Positions 9,750 to 20,949 of a stretch of DNA of 60,361 bases are shown here, piece by piece. The notes below the pieces were generated by a model. It searched no databases and was not told where the DNA came from. It saw only the letters and a list, made by a program, of their open reading frames with translations. Each line of letters begins with the position of its first letter. Within the stretch, counting starts at the first letter, position 1. The stretch is taken from contig NIVC01004108.1 of assembly GCA_002269645.1 (NCBI GenBank), forward strand, positions 1 to 60,361. Reading direction: 5' to 3'. The position numbers were made by a program, and so were the translations under genes. The DNA is from Macrostomum lignano. Lineage: Eukaryota.

Positions 9750-10121
9750 ATGGAGAGCTGGTTCAAAACCGATTCTAATGTGATTAATTATCTCACACCC
9801 AATATGTTGGAGAATAAAGAATATAATATTATATGTTTGAGACAGGTTAAATTTATTGGGCTTCAATCAATATTTTTACAATTAGATGGGCAAAAAATTT
9901 TATGTCTAAGCGGAGATGATGTTAAAAATTTTCCTGTTTTAGTTATTAATAAACCTAAAGCGTTTGTTATGAAATACTGCAACGAGGGTGGATTGCAATT
10001 TAAACTAAAACAAACAAATAATAAAAAGAGTGATAGGACTGTAAAATTGGCGGCTGTTTGGGAGGATGACCCGAATAAATTTTTTAAGTTTAAATTTTTT
10101 ATAAGAAAATGGATACGATAA
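9750..10121 (+). CDS. Hypothetical protein
   Basis: AAAAATG at 9750 within ORF 9645-10121. Confidence 0.5.
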   Translation: MESWFKTDSNVINYLTPNMLENKEYNIICLRQVKFIGLQSIFLQLDGQKILCLSGDDVKNFPVLVINKPKAFVMKYCNEGGLQFKLKQTNNKKSDRTVKLAAVWEDDPNKFFKFKFFIRKWIR

Positions 10122-10468
10122 AAATCCTTATCACTAAAGAGCGTGAACTTAATGATATTAATAAAAAAATAAATATAATTATATCTCAGAAATATCATGA
10201 GTATGGGGACGATATGTTTCCCATCCGATATGAGATAGATAAAAGAAAACGTTTTTTAAGACAAGATATTGTTTATGCTGAAATAGTAATTGAAATTGAA
10301 ATAGATAGATTGGTTAGAAAAATAAAAAAACTTAGGAAAAAAATAAAGGATTGTTTAAGTTACCCTGCCGACTGTGAGGATAATTGGTGCTCAATAATAT
10401 ATATATATGAAATTGAAGTTAATGATTTGCTTAAACAATTACATGCTTTAGTTTTTTTCAAGTGCTAA
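10109..10468 (+). CDS. Hypothetical coiled-coil protein
   Basis: 119-aa ORF overlapping both neighbours. Confidence 0.45.
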   Translation: MDTIKILITKERELNDINKKINIIISQKYHEYGDDMFPIRYEIDKRKRFLRQDIVYAEIVIEIEIDRLVRKIKKLRKKIKDCLSYPADCEDNWCSIIYIYEIEVNDLLKQLHALVFFKC

Positions 10469-13400
10469 TTCATCAATATCGAACTCAAAACAATTATAGT
10501 CAACGTCAAATAGTAAACTGTTATAATATTCAATTGATGTTCATGCTGTGGTTTGTCATCAAAATAGTTTTTAAAGAATGGTTTCATAACTCCGTTTTTA
10601 TCCGGTTTTTCTCTTTTAAATGTGTTTATCGTAGAGGTATATGTTTTTGATATTGTTGATCCGCTTTGAGGAATTGTTATACCACCTTCAAATGATCGTT
10701 TCCACGGAGCATTATTATTTACTTTTATTGACTGTCCATCATATAAAGTTTTAAACGATGCAAAATTAATCTTATCGTTTGCACATCCTTTAAATGTTTT
10801 TTTCTCTTCCATAATAAAATCGTCTTTCAATAAAAGACAATATTTAATTTTAGGAGCGATAAAATAACCGAATATAATTCCACCCTCTCCATAATCATTT
10901 TTTCCTTGACTTAAGTTATTTCCAACGTGCCCGTTTTTATTTAATGTGTCCCAATGTTTTTTATGTATATATAACGAATCTGTATCGCCGTAATAAATTT
11001 CTGGAGTCTTTGAGCCCTCTATAGAGGTAATAAAATTATTCATGATCCTTCTTGAATGAGCTAAGATAAATATTCCTAATTGTGCTGGACAAAGGCTTGT
11101 TATAGGCTTTCCTCTTCCTCATCTACATATTCTTGCGTGTCTTTATTTTTTTCAACATAATATAAATCGTCACATATTTTCTCATATGATTTGATTGTGT
11201 CATCGTATTCGGTTTTTAATGTTTGCAAATTCCAGAGATGTGTTGTGAAAGTAATGTCTCTTTGAACTGTTTTGCCATATAATGAATTTAATAGTGTTTT
11301 TACCAATTCAGAACCTGCCTCGTTATTTTCTTTTTTAAATACTTTTCTCATTTCAAAAAGATTTGTAATATAATTCTGAAACGGAGAGAAATCGTAATTT
11401 TTTTCATATACAATTCCACTATATATCTTTAATATTTTTCCACCCATTCTTACAATTTCTTGTATATCTACGGAACATAAGGTGTCAATTACTTTTCCGT
11501 TTCTAAACCTATTTAATGTTTTTGTTTCGTTTGCTTTTGTTTCCGGATTATAAAATTTCTCTTTATCTTTCGATGGGAGATGTTGAAGAAAAACGGTGTT
11601 AGGATTCTCATACATAATCTTTAAAACCGCTGTTTTTGGTCGAAAGGTTTGTGAATTAAATTGTGCCAAGAAATCTTTTTCCTCGCTTATATCAAAAACT
11701 CTTGCTGTTTCTGCTCTTGGATATTCACTATCCTTATCAGACATGGCAGATGGGTACAACGAAACTCCATCAAAATTCATTAAACAATCTGATACGGTAC
11801 CCAATTGCTTTTTTAGTTTAATTGCGATTTTCTTTTTTTCTTCCATATCGCTTTTGATATAAGATGATATAACCTCGCATGGGTCGCTTGTTGGTGTTTT
11901 TAAATGGGCTTTTACAACGTCTACAATTGTTTGAAAACAGTCGCTTTCATATTTATTTATTAGTGCAAATACCCTGCCTCCTTTGACTGCGTCCCGCATA
12001 AACCTTCGTATATAAGGATTGGTATGAGAGTGAACTGAAAATTCTTTTCTTAATAGTGTTTGGTATTTTGCTTTTTCAAGTTTGCTTAAGTCAAAATAAT
12101 CCTCTATTTTCAACGGAGATATTATTTCTTCAACTTTTTTAATGTAATTAGTTTTTTCTTCTGTCTTTAGATATTGTTTCATTTTGTCTTCAACTCTAAC
12201 AAAATCTTTAAACCAACATTTTAATGTTAAACTTGAACAGGTAAGAGTATCGAACATTGTCATTCCTCCAATTTCATATGCTATTTCATTATACTTATGA
12301 ATACAGGCGCATAAAGAAATAAGATCAAATTGTAAATATTCATACCATTCGTCCATGCGCTCTAAATAGTCGTGTTCGGTAATGTCGTGAACCATTGAGG
12401 TCTTTCGCAAATCCTCTCTAATTGTCATTGATGAGCAAAACTTTTTTAAACTCATTGATGCATGTTGATATGAACAAAGCATCGTAATGGTTTGTTTCGA
12501 ATCCTTATGATTCTTCTTCTTATCTTTGTTTATAAATGCGCTAACCTCTTTTGACGCGTAATCGTTTACAAAAGTTATTGATAATATTCCTCTTGGGGTT
12601 TTGAGAATTTTAATTGGTTTTATATTACAAAATAGTGGTATGTATGAATCGAAGCGGGATGAGTTATGCGCGATCAAAACAATCTTTTTTGACCTAACTG
12701 TACCAAGGTATTTAAACATTTTTCTAACACAATCAACCTTTGGTTGCGAACCTTCGGCACGGTCAACCTTATCTCCATCTGTTTGAAAATCACAACCGCG
12801 ATCTGATATCAAGATCTTAGTTAGTTTCTTTATTTGCTCTGGGGTTTCATTACACTTATTAGAAAAGTCGTTATAGTTTAAAAGACCAACCGCATACGGA
12901 CATGCTTGTTGATTATAATTTAAATATGTTTCAAAATCAAATATATATACGTTTGATTTATTGGGATTTGTGGGTGTGTTGAACATTTTTAGCTCCTTAA
13001 CATTTTCGAGCGTTGGGTTTTTATATACAACTTTATAATTGTCTTTTATCCGTTCGAGGGCGATTCCTCGTTGTTTATTTGATATAAGACAATAATGACC
13101 AATGTGATAATCGGGTGTGTGAAAGTAATTTATTAATAACCAATCGTGGTGAATCCCTCTTTGAGACTTTGGTTCAATGCCACGATTTTTGGTGTTGTAC
13201 AGCCCTATACTAAGATTAAAATGTTCGTTGAATCTTCCAATTCTTGAATTTGTCATTAAACCTCTTTGAGTTCTTGAGTCGTACAACCAAGCACCATATT
13301 CGTCTTTGCGTGGGGCTTTATCACCATAAATAAACTGAACACACTTATAGAAACAATTTCCATCACTAGGTATGTAACAGTACTCATCTTTATACTCTGC

Positions 13401-14066
13401 AATTTCACACATGACATTTGTTCCCATACCCTGCTTTGACCTTTCGTGTTTAAGTGTAATTTCGTTTGGTGTCATTTTAAGTCTTCCAGAAAACACACTT
13501 AAATTCATGTCGTAATTTTCTACCAAATGCTTAAACCAAGCTTGAAATTGACTTATATTATAAAATGTTGCTAAGTATTGATTAATCTCTTCACGATCAT
13601 CTCCGGTTTTATTATAAAAATATTGTACCCTCGCATTAGTAATTTCAACAGCATATCCGTTTGATAGCTGGGTTTCAATAAAATCTAAGACATTCTGCAT
13701 TGGTTCAAATCGATAAACCCTAATAAACTCATCTAATGGTTTTTCATCCGATTTATTCCGAGGTTTCCGACGTGTGGGTTTCTTTTGGTTTTTTTCTAAT
13801 TCTGCTATTCTTTTTTCATATTCAGCCTTTTCTATTAATCGCTTCATTTCATATTCTGCCCTTATATTATTTGCTAATGCATTTATTTGTTGGTCTTGTA
13901 TTTCTCTTTCTCTCTGCCTTTCTCTCTGTCTTTCTCTTGCTCTTTGGCGGCGTTGTTGTCTTTGGCGCTGTTCAATTTGTTCAATCTGTCTTTGTAATCG
14001 ATTGAACTGTTGGCGCTCATTTGCAAGAAGTTGTCGAATCTGATCTGGGGTCAATCTTTGTTCCAT
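10465..14066 (-). CDS. pPolB: Protein-primed family B DNA polymerase with N-terminal OTU-like/terminal-protein region; one frameshift near 11090
   Basis: ExoI YIFDFET, ExoII AHNSSRFD, ExoIII YLQFDLISL, PolA NFDGVSLYPSAM, PolB KTLLNSLYGK, PolC YYGDTDS; ORFs 11100-14066 and 10465-11043 are bridged by KPCPAQLGIFILAHSRRIM in the second frame. Confidence 0.97.
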
Positions 14067-14150
14067 TTTATAGAATATAATTTATATAATGTTTGAATTA
14101 TTGATTTTTTAATTTTGCGTTTTTGGTGTCCAGACCCTACCCCCAGGAGC

Positions 14151-15146
14151 CTATTCGAGATCTGCTTTTGGTAATAGCAATCCATTGCCCATAACGTTTG
14201 AATTTAAGAAAATTCCTGAACCTGCTTTTGGTCTCATTTCGAGATATAATCCGCTTCCATCATGTTTTTCAATGATGTTAAAATCTTTTCCTAATTTAGT
14301 AAAAATCTTCTGAACTGCTGGTCTAAAATTGGATCCAATATTGTCAAAAAATCCTTTAGCTTTCTCACCCGTTTTTTCTAAAGTTTGGCCAAATTCATGT
14401 AGTTTATCTGCGACAACTCCACTTCCTTGGGTTGTTCCTTGTAAAAGTAAACCATTGCCATGATTTGATCCTTTTAGTATTAACCCTTTTCCAGCTGATA
14501 ACCTAGCTTCTGCATTTCTTTTTTGCTCAGCTGTTGCTGAACTACTATTAATTGTATCGATAAGTTTTTGTTTAAATTGTGCGTCCTGCGTTATTTGCTG
14601 TCTTTGAAATTCTGCATCTCGTTTGGCTTTTTCGTCCGCAGCTTTTTTGTCATTTACTGCTTTTGCAATTCCAGCTGCTCCGCCAGCAACTCCTCCAGCT
14701 GCTCCAATTCCTGCAAAAATTATTGGGAGCAAAGCTGCAAGGGGTAAGATTCCCCCCTGTTTCGCTCTTAACTCTCCTAGCTGTTTTACATTATCATGAA
14801 TTCTTTTTCCGGCTAAACCGACTGCTCCAGCTGCGCCAAGCCCTAAAAGAAGCGGTAGAATGGGTAGTAATCCACCGTCCTTTTTAGTGTGAGTCTCCAT
14901 TAAAAATTTCACATCAGAGTCTGTCAACCTATAATTTCTGCCGCGATTCTTAAAGGATATTGGCCTTCCTTCTTGTGCATATTTTGCTGCGAGTTTAAAT
15001 GTATCGATGTCGTAGTCAAACTTTTTACCTAATCGATCCAATCTTTTTAACATTGTGTGGGTTTGCTTATTATCATCAAGATCTAAAGTATCTACAATTT
15101 CTCCTATAAAATATAACCGGTTTTCATCATCATTAACTGAGCCCAT
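14151..15146 (-). CDS. Putative core/membrane-lytic precursor protein (Gly/Ala-rich hydrophobic segments after GG motifs)
   Basis: 331-aa ORF with DGG-LLPILPLLLGLGAAG, QGG-ILPLAALLPIIFAGIGAAGG and repeated GxGLxL motifs. Confidence 0.55.
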   Translation of the reverse strand: MGSVNDDENRLYFIGEIVDTLDLDDNKQTHTMLKRLDRLGKKFDYDIDTFKLAAKYAQEGRPISFKNRGRNYRLTDSDVKFLMETHTKKDGGLLPILPLLLGLGAAGAVGLAGKRIHDNVKQLGELRAKQGGILPLAALLPIIFAGIGAAGGVAGGAAGIAKAVNDKKAADEKAKRDAEFQRQQITQDAQFKQKLIDTINSSSATAEQKRNAEARLSAGKGLILKGSNHGNGLLLQGTTQGSGVVADKLHEFGQTLEKTGEKAKGFFDNIGSNFRPAVQKIFTKLGKDFNIIEKHDGSGLYLEMRPKAGSGIFLNSNVMGNGLLLPKADLE

Positions 15147-15156
15147 TTTTATATTG

Positions 15157-15567
15157 TTAAAATTTCTTTAATCCTTTTCCACCTTTAATAGTATTTAACA
15201 TTTTATTAAAATCCTGAATATCTTTATTACTTATTGGTGCGCTTTTCGTGGGGGTTTCTGTTGGTTGTGCGGCTTGGGTTGCTTCCTGTGCTAATTTCAA
15301 ATCTTTTATTGCTTTTATCTGTGAGAGGGTATCGTTAAATTCTCTCAATTTCTTTAGTTCTTCTGCCGCTCTAGCTGCTTCAATTCCTCCTTTTACAGCA
15401 TTTGTTATAGAACCTGCTGCGGAGCCAGCTTGCCCTATAAGCCCCATATTGTCTTTAACAAAATTTGCTGCTGTTCCAACCACATCAAAAAGCCCCTCAC
15501 CTCGGTATTCAACTGGGTCTCCTACCTGCAATTCATTCAGATTTTGCATATGTGTAACGTGTGTCAT
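15157..15567 (-). CDS. Putative core protein
   Basis: 136-aa ORF, GEGLFD..GSAAGSITNAVKGG, C-terminal IKGGKGLKKF; co-directional with 14151-15146. Confidence 0.5.
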   Translation of the reverse strand: MTHVTHMQNLNELQVGDPVEYRGEGLFDVVGTAANFVKDNMGLIGQAGSAAGSITNAVKGGIEAARAAEELKKLREFNDTLSQIKAIKDLKLAQEATQAAQPTETPTKSAPISNKDIQDFNKMLNTIKGGKGLKKF

Positions 15568-15821
15568 TTTTTGTTCTATTTTTAGTAACAGAAAAAGATT
15601 GTCTGCATTCCATTTAGACCAGATTTTAGACCAAATTTTTGAAAACGAAAACCAAAACGATAGTCTAGTTTTGTTTGGTCTAAAATCTGGTCTAAATGGA
15701 ATGTTGGGTGGGTAGGTGAACTGACTATAAATAGCTTCTATTCTTTCCGACCCTTAGCGCCTGCGGCGCGTGCGACGGGTTCTAGAAAGTTTGTGTGTGT
15801 TGGAGAGAGTTGGAAGCGTTG

Positions 15822-16069
15822 ACGATACAAAATACCCAGCAAACCAAAGCGAACGACGAGAGCGTGTTCTCACCATTCAAAAAGAATTAATCGTTGTAAG
15901 TGTGAAATGGCCTGTTTGACCGAAATGAAGCGAGGATGAGCGAAGCGAGTTGAGCGAAGTGAAGACGAGCGAAAATGAAGGGAAACAGGCCATTTCACAC
16001 TGATAAAGGGTTAAATTGTTTGCAATGGTGAGAATGGTTTGCTGGGTATTTTGTATCGTATATACTACT
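15822..16069. repeat. Polinton right terminus with nested internal inverted repeats
   Basis: 25-bp perfect IR 15822-15846/16035-16059; 11-bp IR TTCTCACCATT/AATGGTGAGAA; 19-bp IR 15899-15917/15983-16001; terminal ACTACT. Confidence 0.85.
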
Positions 16070-18296
16070 ATACTGCCAAACCTAAAACTGAAAGATTTTA
16101 TTACTGAATATTTATACAGATATTATTTTAAATATTTATAGGATTTAACATGGGAGATTATAAAGTGGCAAAAAAATATATACTCAATAATAATACTAAT
16201 AGCAAACTATTATTAATAAACATCTACTCCTAGACCTAGCTAGACAAGCTAATAAAGATAACTTTTTATGCCTAATACTTATCTAGTACTTATCTAGTTA
16301 TACAACTTATTTTAAGAACTTTTAAAGCCAATGTTTGACAATATAATAAACAAAAAATAATTTTGCACTAGTTTTATGATTTTTGACATGAAAATCTCTA
16401 TTAATATATTAATTAGAAAGTAATCTAATTATAATCTAATAATTTATATTATCTAATGATAAATAAGCTCTAATATTCAAATAATCAAATAAATTATTAT
16501 AACTTTATAAATATACAACTACTAGCCAACCTAGCTTATCTAACCAATATAAATTTAAAAACCAAGAATAAGTTGTGAAACAGATGACCAAAAAAGTAAA
16601 AAGACAAGAAAGAAAAGAAATGCAAAGGAAAAAGAAAAATTAGCAATAGGAAATCAAAAAAAGCAAAATATAACAAGAACTTAAAAAAGCAAAAAGATAA
16701 AAAATAAAGGAATCTGTAAAAGAAAAGGATCAGACTAAGTCACATTTTCAATAAAAATAACAAAGTCGCATGCCAGTTTAATTTACAGATTGCGCACACA
16801 ACATGTACTTCTTTGCAGTGGTCCATTTATATTTGATGAATCTGAATGCAATGCATTATTATTATTTTTTTAAAAGCAAAAAATTAGGTAAACGGTGGAA
16901 ATAGATTGAAGAATACAGCACAGTGGGACCACTATAGCATATCACACTGTCTGTAACAACAATGGCAACAAAAGGCTTTTCTGGTTTCATTTTCACTGAA
17001 AAATGAAGTAAAATCTTTTATTCTAATATTCTTATAGGCCCAAGTAGAAATATCTACAGTCTCTACAGTTTCTTTTATAAATGAGTATGAAAGAATTCAT
17101 TCCAAAAATCAAGATAAATTTATGAGATAATTGTGCTTTCACTCTTAGTCTTAGGCCTAGCCTAGTCATACTACGAGCGCTCGTATTTCAAGCATCGTGG
17201 GGCGGACGGAAGTCCAACACAGGGCGTTTTCGTGGATTTACCCCAATTTAAATTTAAGTCGAAAAGACAGAGAAAAACAACACGAACAAACTCTTAGTCA
17301 GTTTTACAGCATAACGAATCAATACACGTTGTATATTTTTACTATCTAAACTACGTGGGTTAGTGATAATAAAAACCTAATTTTTGTTTATTATAGATCC
17401 TACGATAATTAGCATAACGCACTATTTAAAATTTTCATGAATTTGTCAAAGTATCCGTTCATTCGATATATTAAAGGCATTGAATAGATTGACTAGTTCC
17501 ATCAATTATGCAAATGTGAACTGTTAGATAGTACAACTATGGTGCGTTTTCTGCTTCTATTTTGTACTTTTACGGCGCAAATATTTGTTTCGGCTTCTCG
17601 GTAAGCATAAGCATACCTAATCCATGTTTTTAACTGTATCAAATCTCAGCCAGAGATAAATGTAAATTTTTATCAAAATACGCAGATTCACTTCAATGCA
17701 ACTCGTTCGAGCTCAATATGTACCATTGTAATGTAAATTACGTTTTAAACCTATAGGCTAAAAGTTTAACTGTATAAATGTCTAATTTTTTACAGTCGCA
17801 TATCATGCATGAAAAAGCACTTTAAGTACAGCTTGTAAATTTTATCATCATAACACCAGGCTTTCAAAACAATTTACCTAATTATTACATTTAATTAAGC
17901 TGCACGTTAATGAACTATGTCCATCTGAATTATAAATTATAAATTTAATAATTCTTTTGAGCTTTGGAATTGTTTGCGTAGCTTTTGGAAAAAAATAAAT
18001 AACTGATCATATATGTACATTTCTAAGAACTTTAAAAGCGGTTGAAAACACTAACTTTATAGCATGTATTTTTACAAACTGCTATGATGAGTGTTTCCAA
18101 CCGCTTTTAAAGTTTAAAGTTCGACTATAGTTTAAAGTTTAAAGTTTAAAGTTTAAGTTTAAAGCTCGACTATAGTCGAGCTTCTTTTCTTAGTCAGTAA
18201 TAATTGCAAACTATTTCTAATAATAAGTACTGGTTTATTGGTCTTACACCAGCGTACTTTCGATCAACCGTGCATTCTCTTCCAAAAATATTTCAG

Positions 18297-20126
18297 ATTT
18301 GAAACTAATCTGTTAGCCGAAGCTACAACAACAGCAAACGCACCACCATTTGAGACTATCTACTCACCAAAATCCGCAACACCAACAACCTCAACACTTA
18401 AAAATACAACACCAACAATCAAAACTACAACCACAAAACCTACAACATCAACATCGACAACAAAAGCTACAACAACCCTAACAACAACTACAAACACGCT
18501 AACAACCACAGCAGTACCAACAGCCAAAACCACAACCACATTAACAACCAAAACACCAAAAACTAAAACACCAGCAATCAGAACCACCCCGCCAACAACC
18601 ACAACACCAACAACCACAACACCAACAACCACAACACCAACAACCACAACACCAACAACCACAACACCAACAACCACAACACCAACAACCACAACACCAA
18701 CAACCACAACACCAACAACCACAACACCAACAACCACAACACCAACAACCACAACACCAACAACCAAAACACCACCAACCACAACACCAACAACTAAAAC
18801 ACCAGCAATCACAACCACAACCATACCAACAAACACAACACCAACAACCACAACACCAAAAACCACAACACCAAAAACAACAACACCAACAACCACAACA
18901 CCAACAACCACAACACCAACAACCAAAACACCACCAACCACAACACCAACAACTAAAACACCAGCAATCACAACCACAACCATACCAACAAACACAACAC
19001 AAACAACCACAACTCCAAAAACCACAACAATAACGACTAAAACACCAGCAATCACAACCACAATCACACCAAGAAGCACAACACCAACAAGCACAACTCC
19101 AACATCAACCTCAACAACAACCACAGCCGCAGTCACACCAACAACCACAACACCAATAACTACAACACCAATAACCACAACGCCAACAACTAAAATACCA
19201 ACAATCACAACCACCACCACCCCAAAAACTACAACCACAATACGAACAACAAAAACAACACCAACAAAAAACATAACACCAACAACTACAACATCAAGAA
19301 TCAAAACACTAACAAACACAACCACAACCACCCCAACAACCACAATAACAACAAAAACCAGAATACCAGCAACCACAACACCAAACACCACAAAACGAAC
19401 AAGCAGGGCTCTTAAAGCCACAGCAACACAAACACAAACACCAACAACAACCACAACACCAACAACCACAACACCAACAACTACAACTACAACACCAACA
19501 CCAACAACTACAACATCAAGAATCAAAACACCAACAAACACAACCACAACCACAACCACCCCAACAACCACAATAACAACAAAAACCAGAATACCAGCAA
19601 CCACAACACCAAACACCACAAAACGAACAAGCAGGGCTCTAAAAACCACAGCAACACCAACACAAACACCAAAAACAACCACAACACCAACAACCACAAC
19701 ACCAACAACTACAACTACAACACCAACACCAACAACTACAACATCAAGAATCAAAACACCAACAAACACAACCACAACCACAACCACCCAACAACCACAA
19801 TAACAACAAAAACCATAATACCAGCAACCACAACACCAAACACCACAAAACGAACAAGCAGGGCTCTAAAAACCACAGCAACACCAACAACGATAACACC
19901 AACAACCACAACACCGACAAAAACATTAACAACCACAACGCCAAGAGCCATAAAACCAGAAACTACAGCACGACCTACCAAAGCACAAGCGGCCATGACA
20001 ACAAGCGGCATATCAGCCTCAATTCAGCCGATGATATCACAACAGTCAACAATGTCAACAGCAAAACCAACCAGAAGATCAGTTCAATCAGTCGCTACCG
20101 AGCGTCTTAAACAAGATTATTCTGCG
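18297..20126 (+). CDS. Thr/Pro-rich mucin-like exon (one frameshift near 19800)
   Basis: ORF 18238-19803 of PTTT repeats; AG acceptor TTTCAG ending 18296 and donor GTAAGT at 20127; triplet periodicity kept over 1.8 kb. Confidence 0.6.
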
Positions 20127-20229
20127 GTAAGTTCCTCAGTTGCATTAAGCAGCGACAGTTTTGCATAGCAGCAAGTATTCATTACGGATGTAAGAGTAGC
20201 AAGCACTAAACCGCACCGCATCCTGACAC

Positions 20230-20700
20230 GTATTTCCTCAGGTGCTGTTAGCCACTCAACTGACACTGTCGGCGCTCTCTCTGACAAAGTTAGCCATCCT
20301 GATCGTTGTGTTGGTGTGCATTGTGCGCGTACGGCGCAGACTGCAGAACAATGTCTACCGAATCCGAATGGAAAGCATCGCGAACAGAGCTAGCAGGTAA
20401 GGCTGGATAGTTACCTGATTTACTACTGAATCGTGAAGCTGAGGCTGTTGAACGTCCGTTATCAAACGTAGATCCTTATTAGCTTTGGACCGTGTCGAGC
20501 AGAAGGCTGCCAGGATCACTGGTGACTCCATACAGGCTCCATACAGCCTTAACAGTCGCAGAACTGTTGCTGTACTGGCTTTTGTCCACAGCTTTCTGCA
20601 AGGTCAAGGCCAGCGAACTTCAGCAGCTCCTCCCTCCTTTTGCTCCACAGTCGCACCATCAGGTCTCCGCTCTGACAGCAACATCACAGCTTCTCCTTAA
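20230..20700 (+). mobile_element. Degenerate CR1/L2-like non-LTR retrotransposon RT C-terminal fragment
   Basis: LDRVEQKAARI..SLNSRRTVAVL..G..SELQQLLPP resembles the CR1-type post-RT motif LDRVQ.KA.R..SL.HRR.VA.L. Confidence 0.6.
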
Positions 20701-20949
20701 CAGTAGAAAGACCACGCTATTTTTCCCCATGGGGAAAGACCACGGGGGTGCATTACAAATACACACGACCCATTTCACGATAGCTCGCAAACCGAACTAC
20801 CGATTTTCGCAAAAGTCCACCATATGGATCAAAATTTTCCGCCCTTTCCGACGAACTAACCTTCAAAGTCATCCGACGTCAGCATTGTCGAGATATTAAA
20901 CAATTCTTGTCGAAGACACTGGTGGCAAGGAAAACCAACACTACACTGT

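Larger units (their letters stand above)
1..16069. mobile_element. Maverick/Polinton (adintovirus-like) endogenous element, right-hand part; left end lies outside the window
   Basis: Co-located integrase, double jelly-roll MCP, penton-like minor capsid, FtsK/A32-type ATPase, adenain-like protease and protein-primed PolB; AT-rich; ends ...TATACTACT at 16069 (reverse complement AGTAGT, the typical Polinton terminus), after which sequence character changes. Confidence 0.95.

Noticed and set aside
18360-20011. Val-rich and Cys-rich minus-strand ORFs
   Set aside because: Antisense shadows of the Thr-rich ACN repeat.
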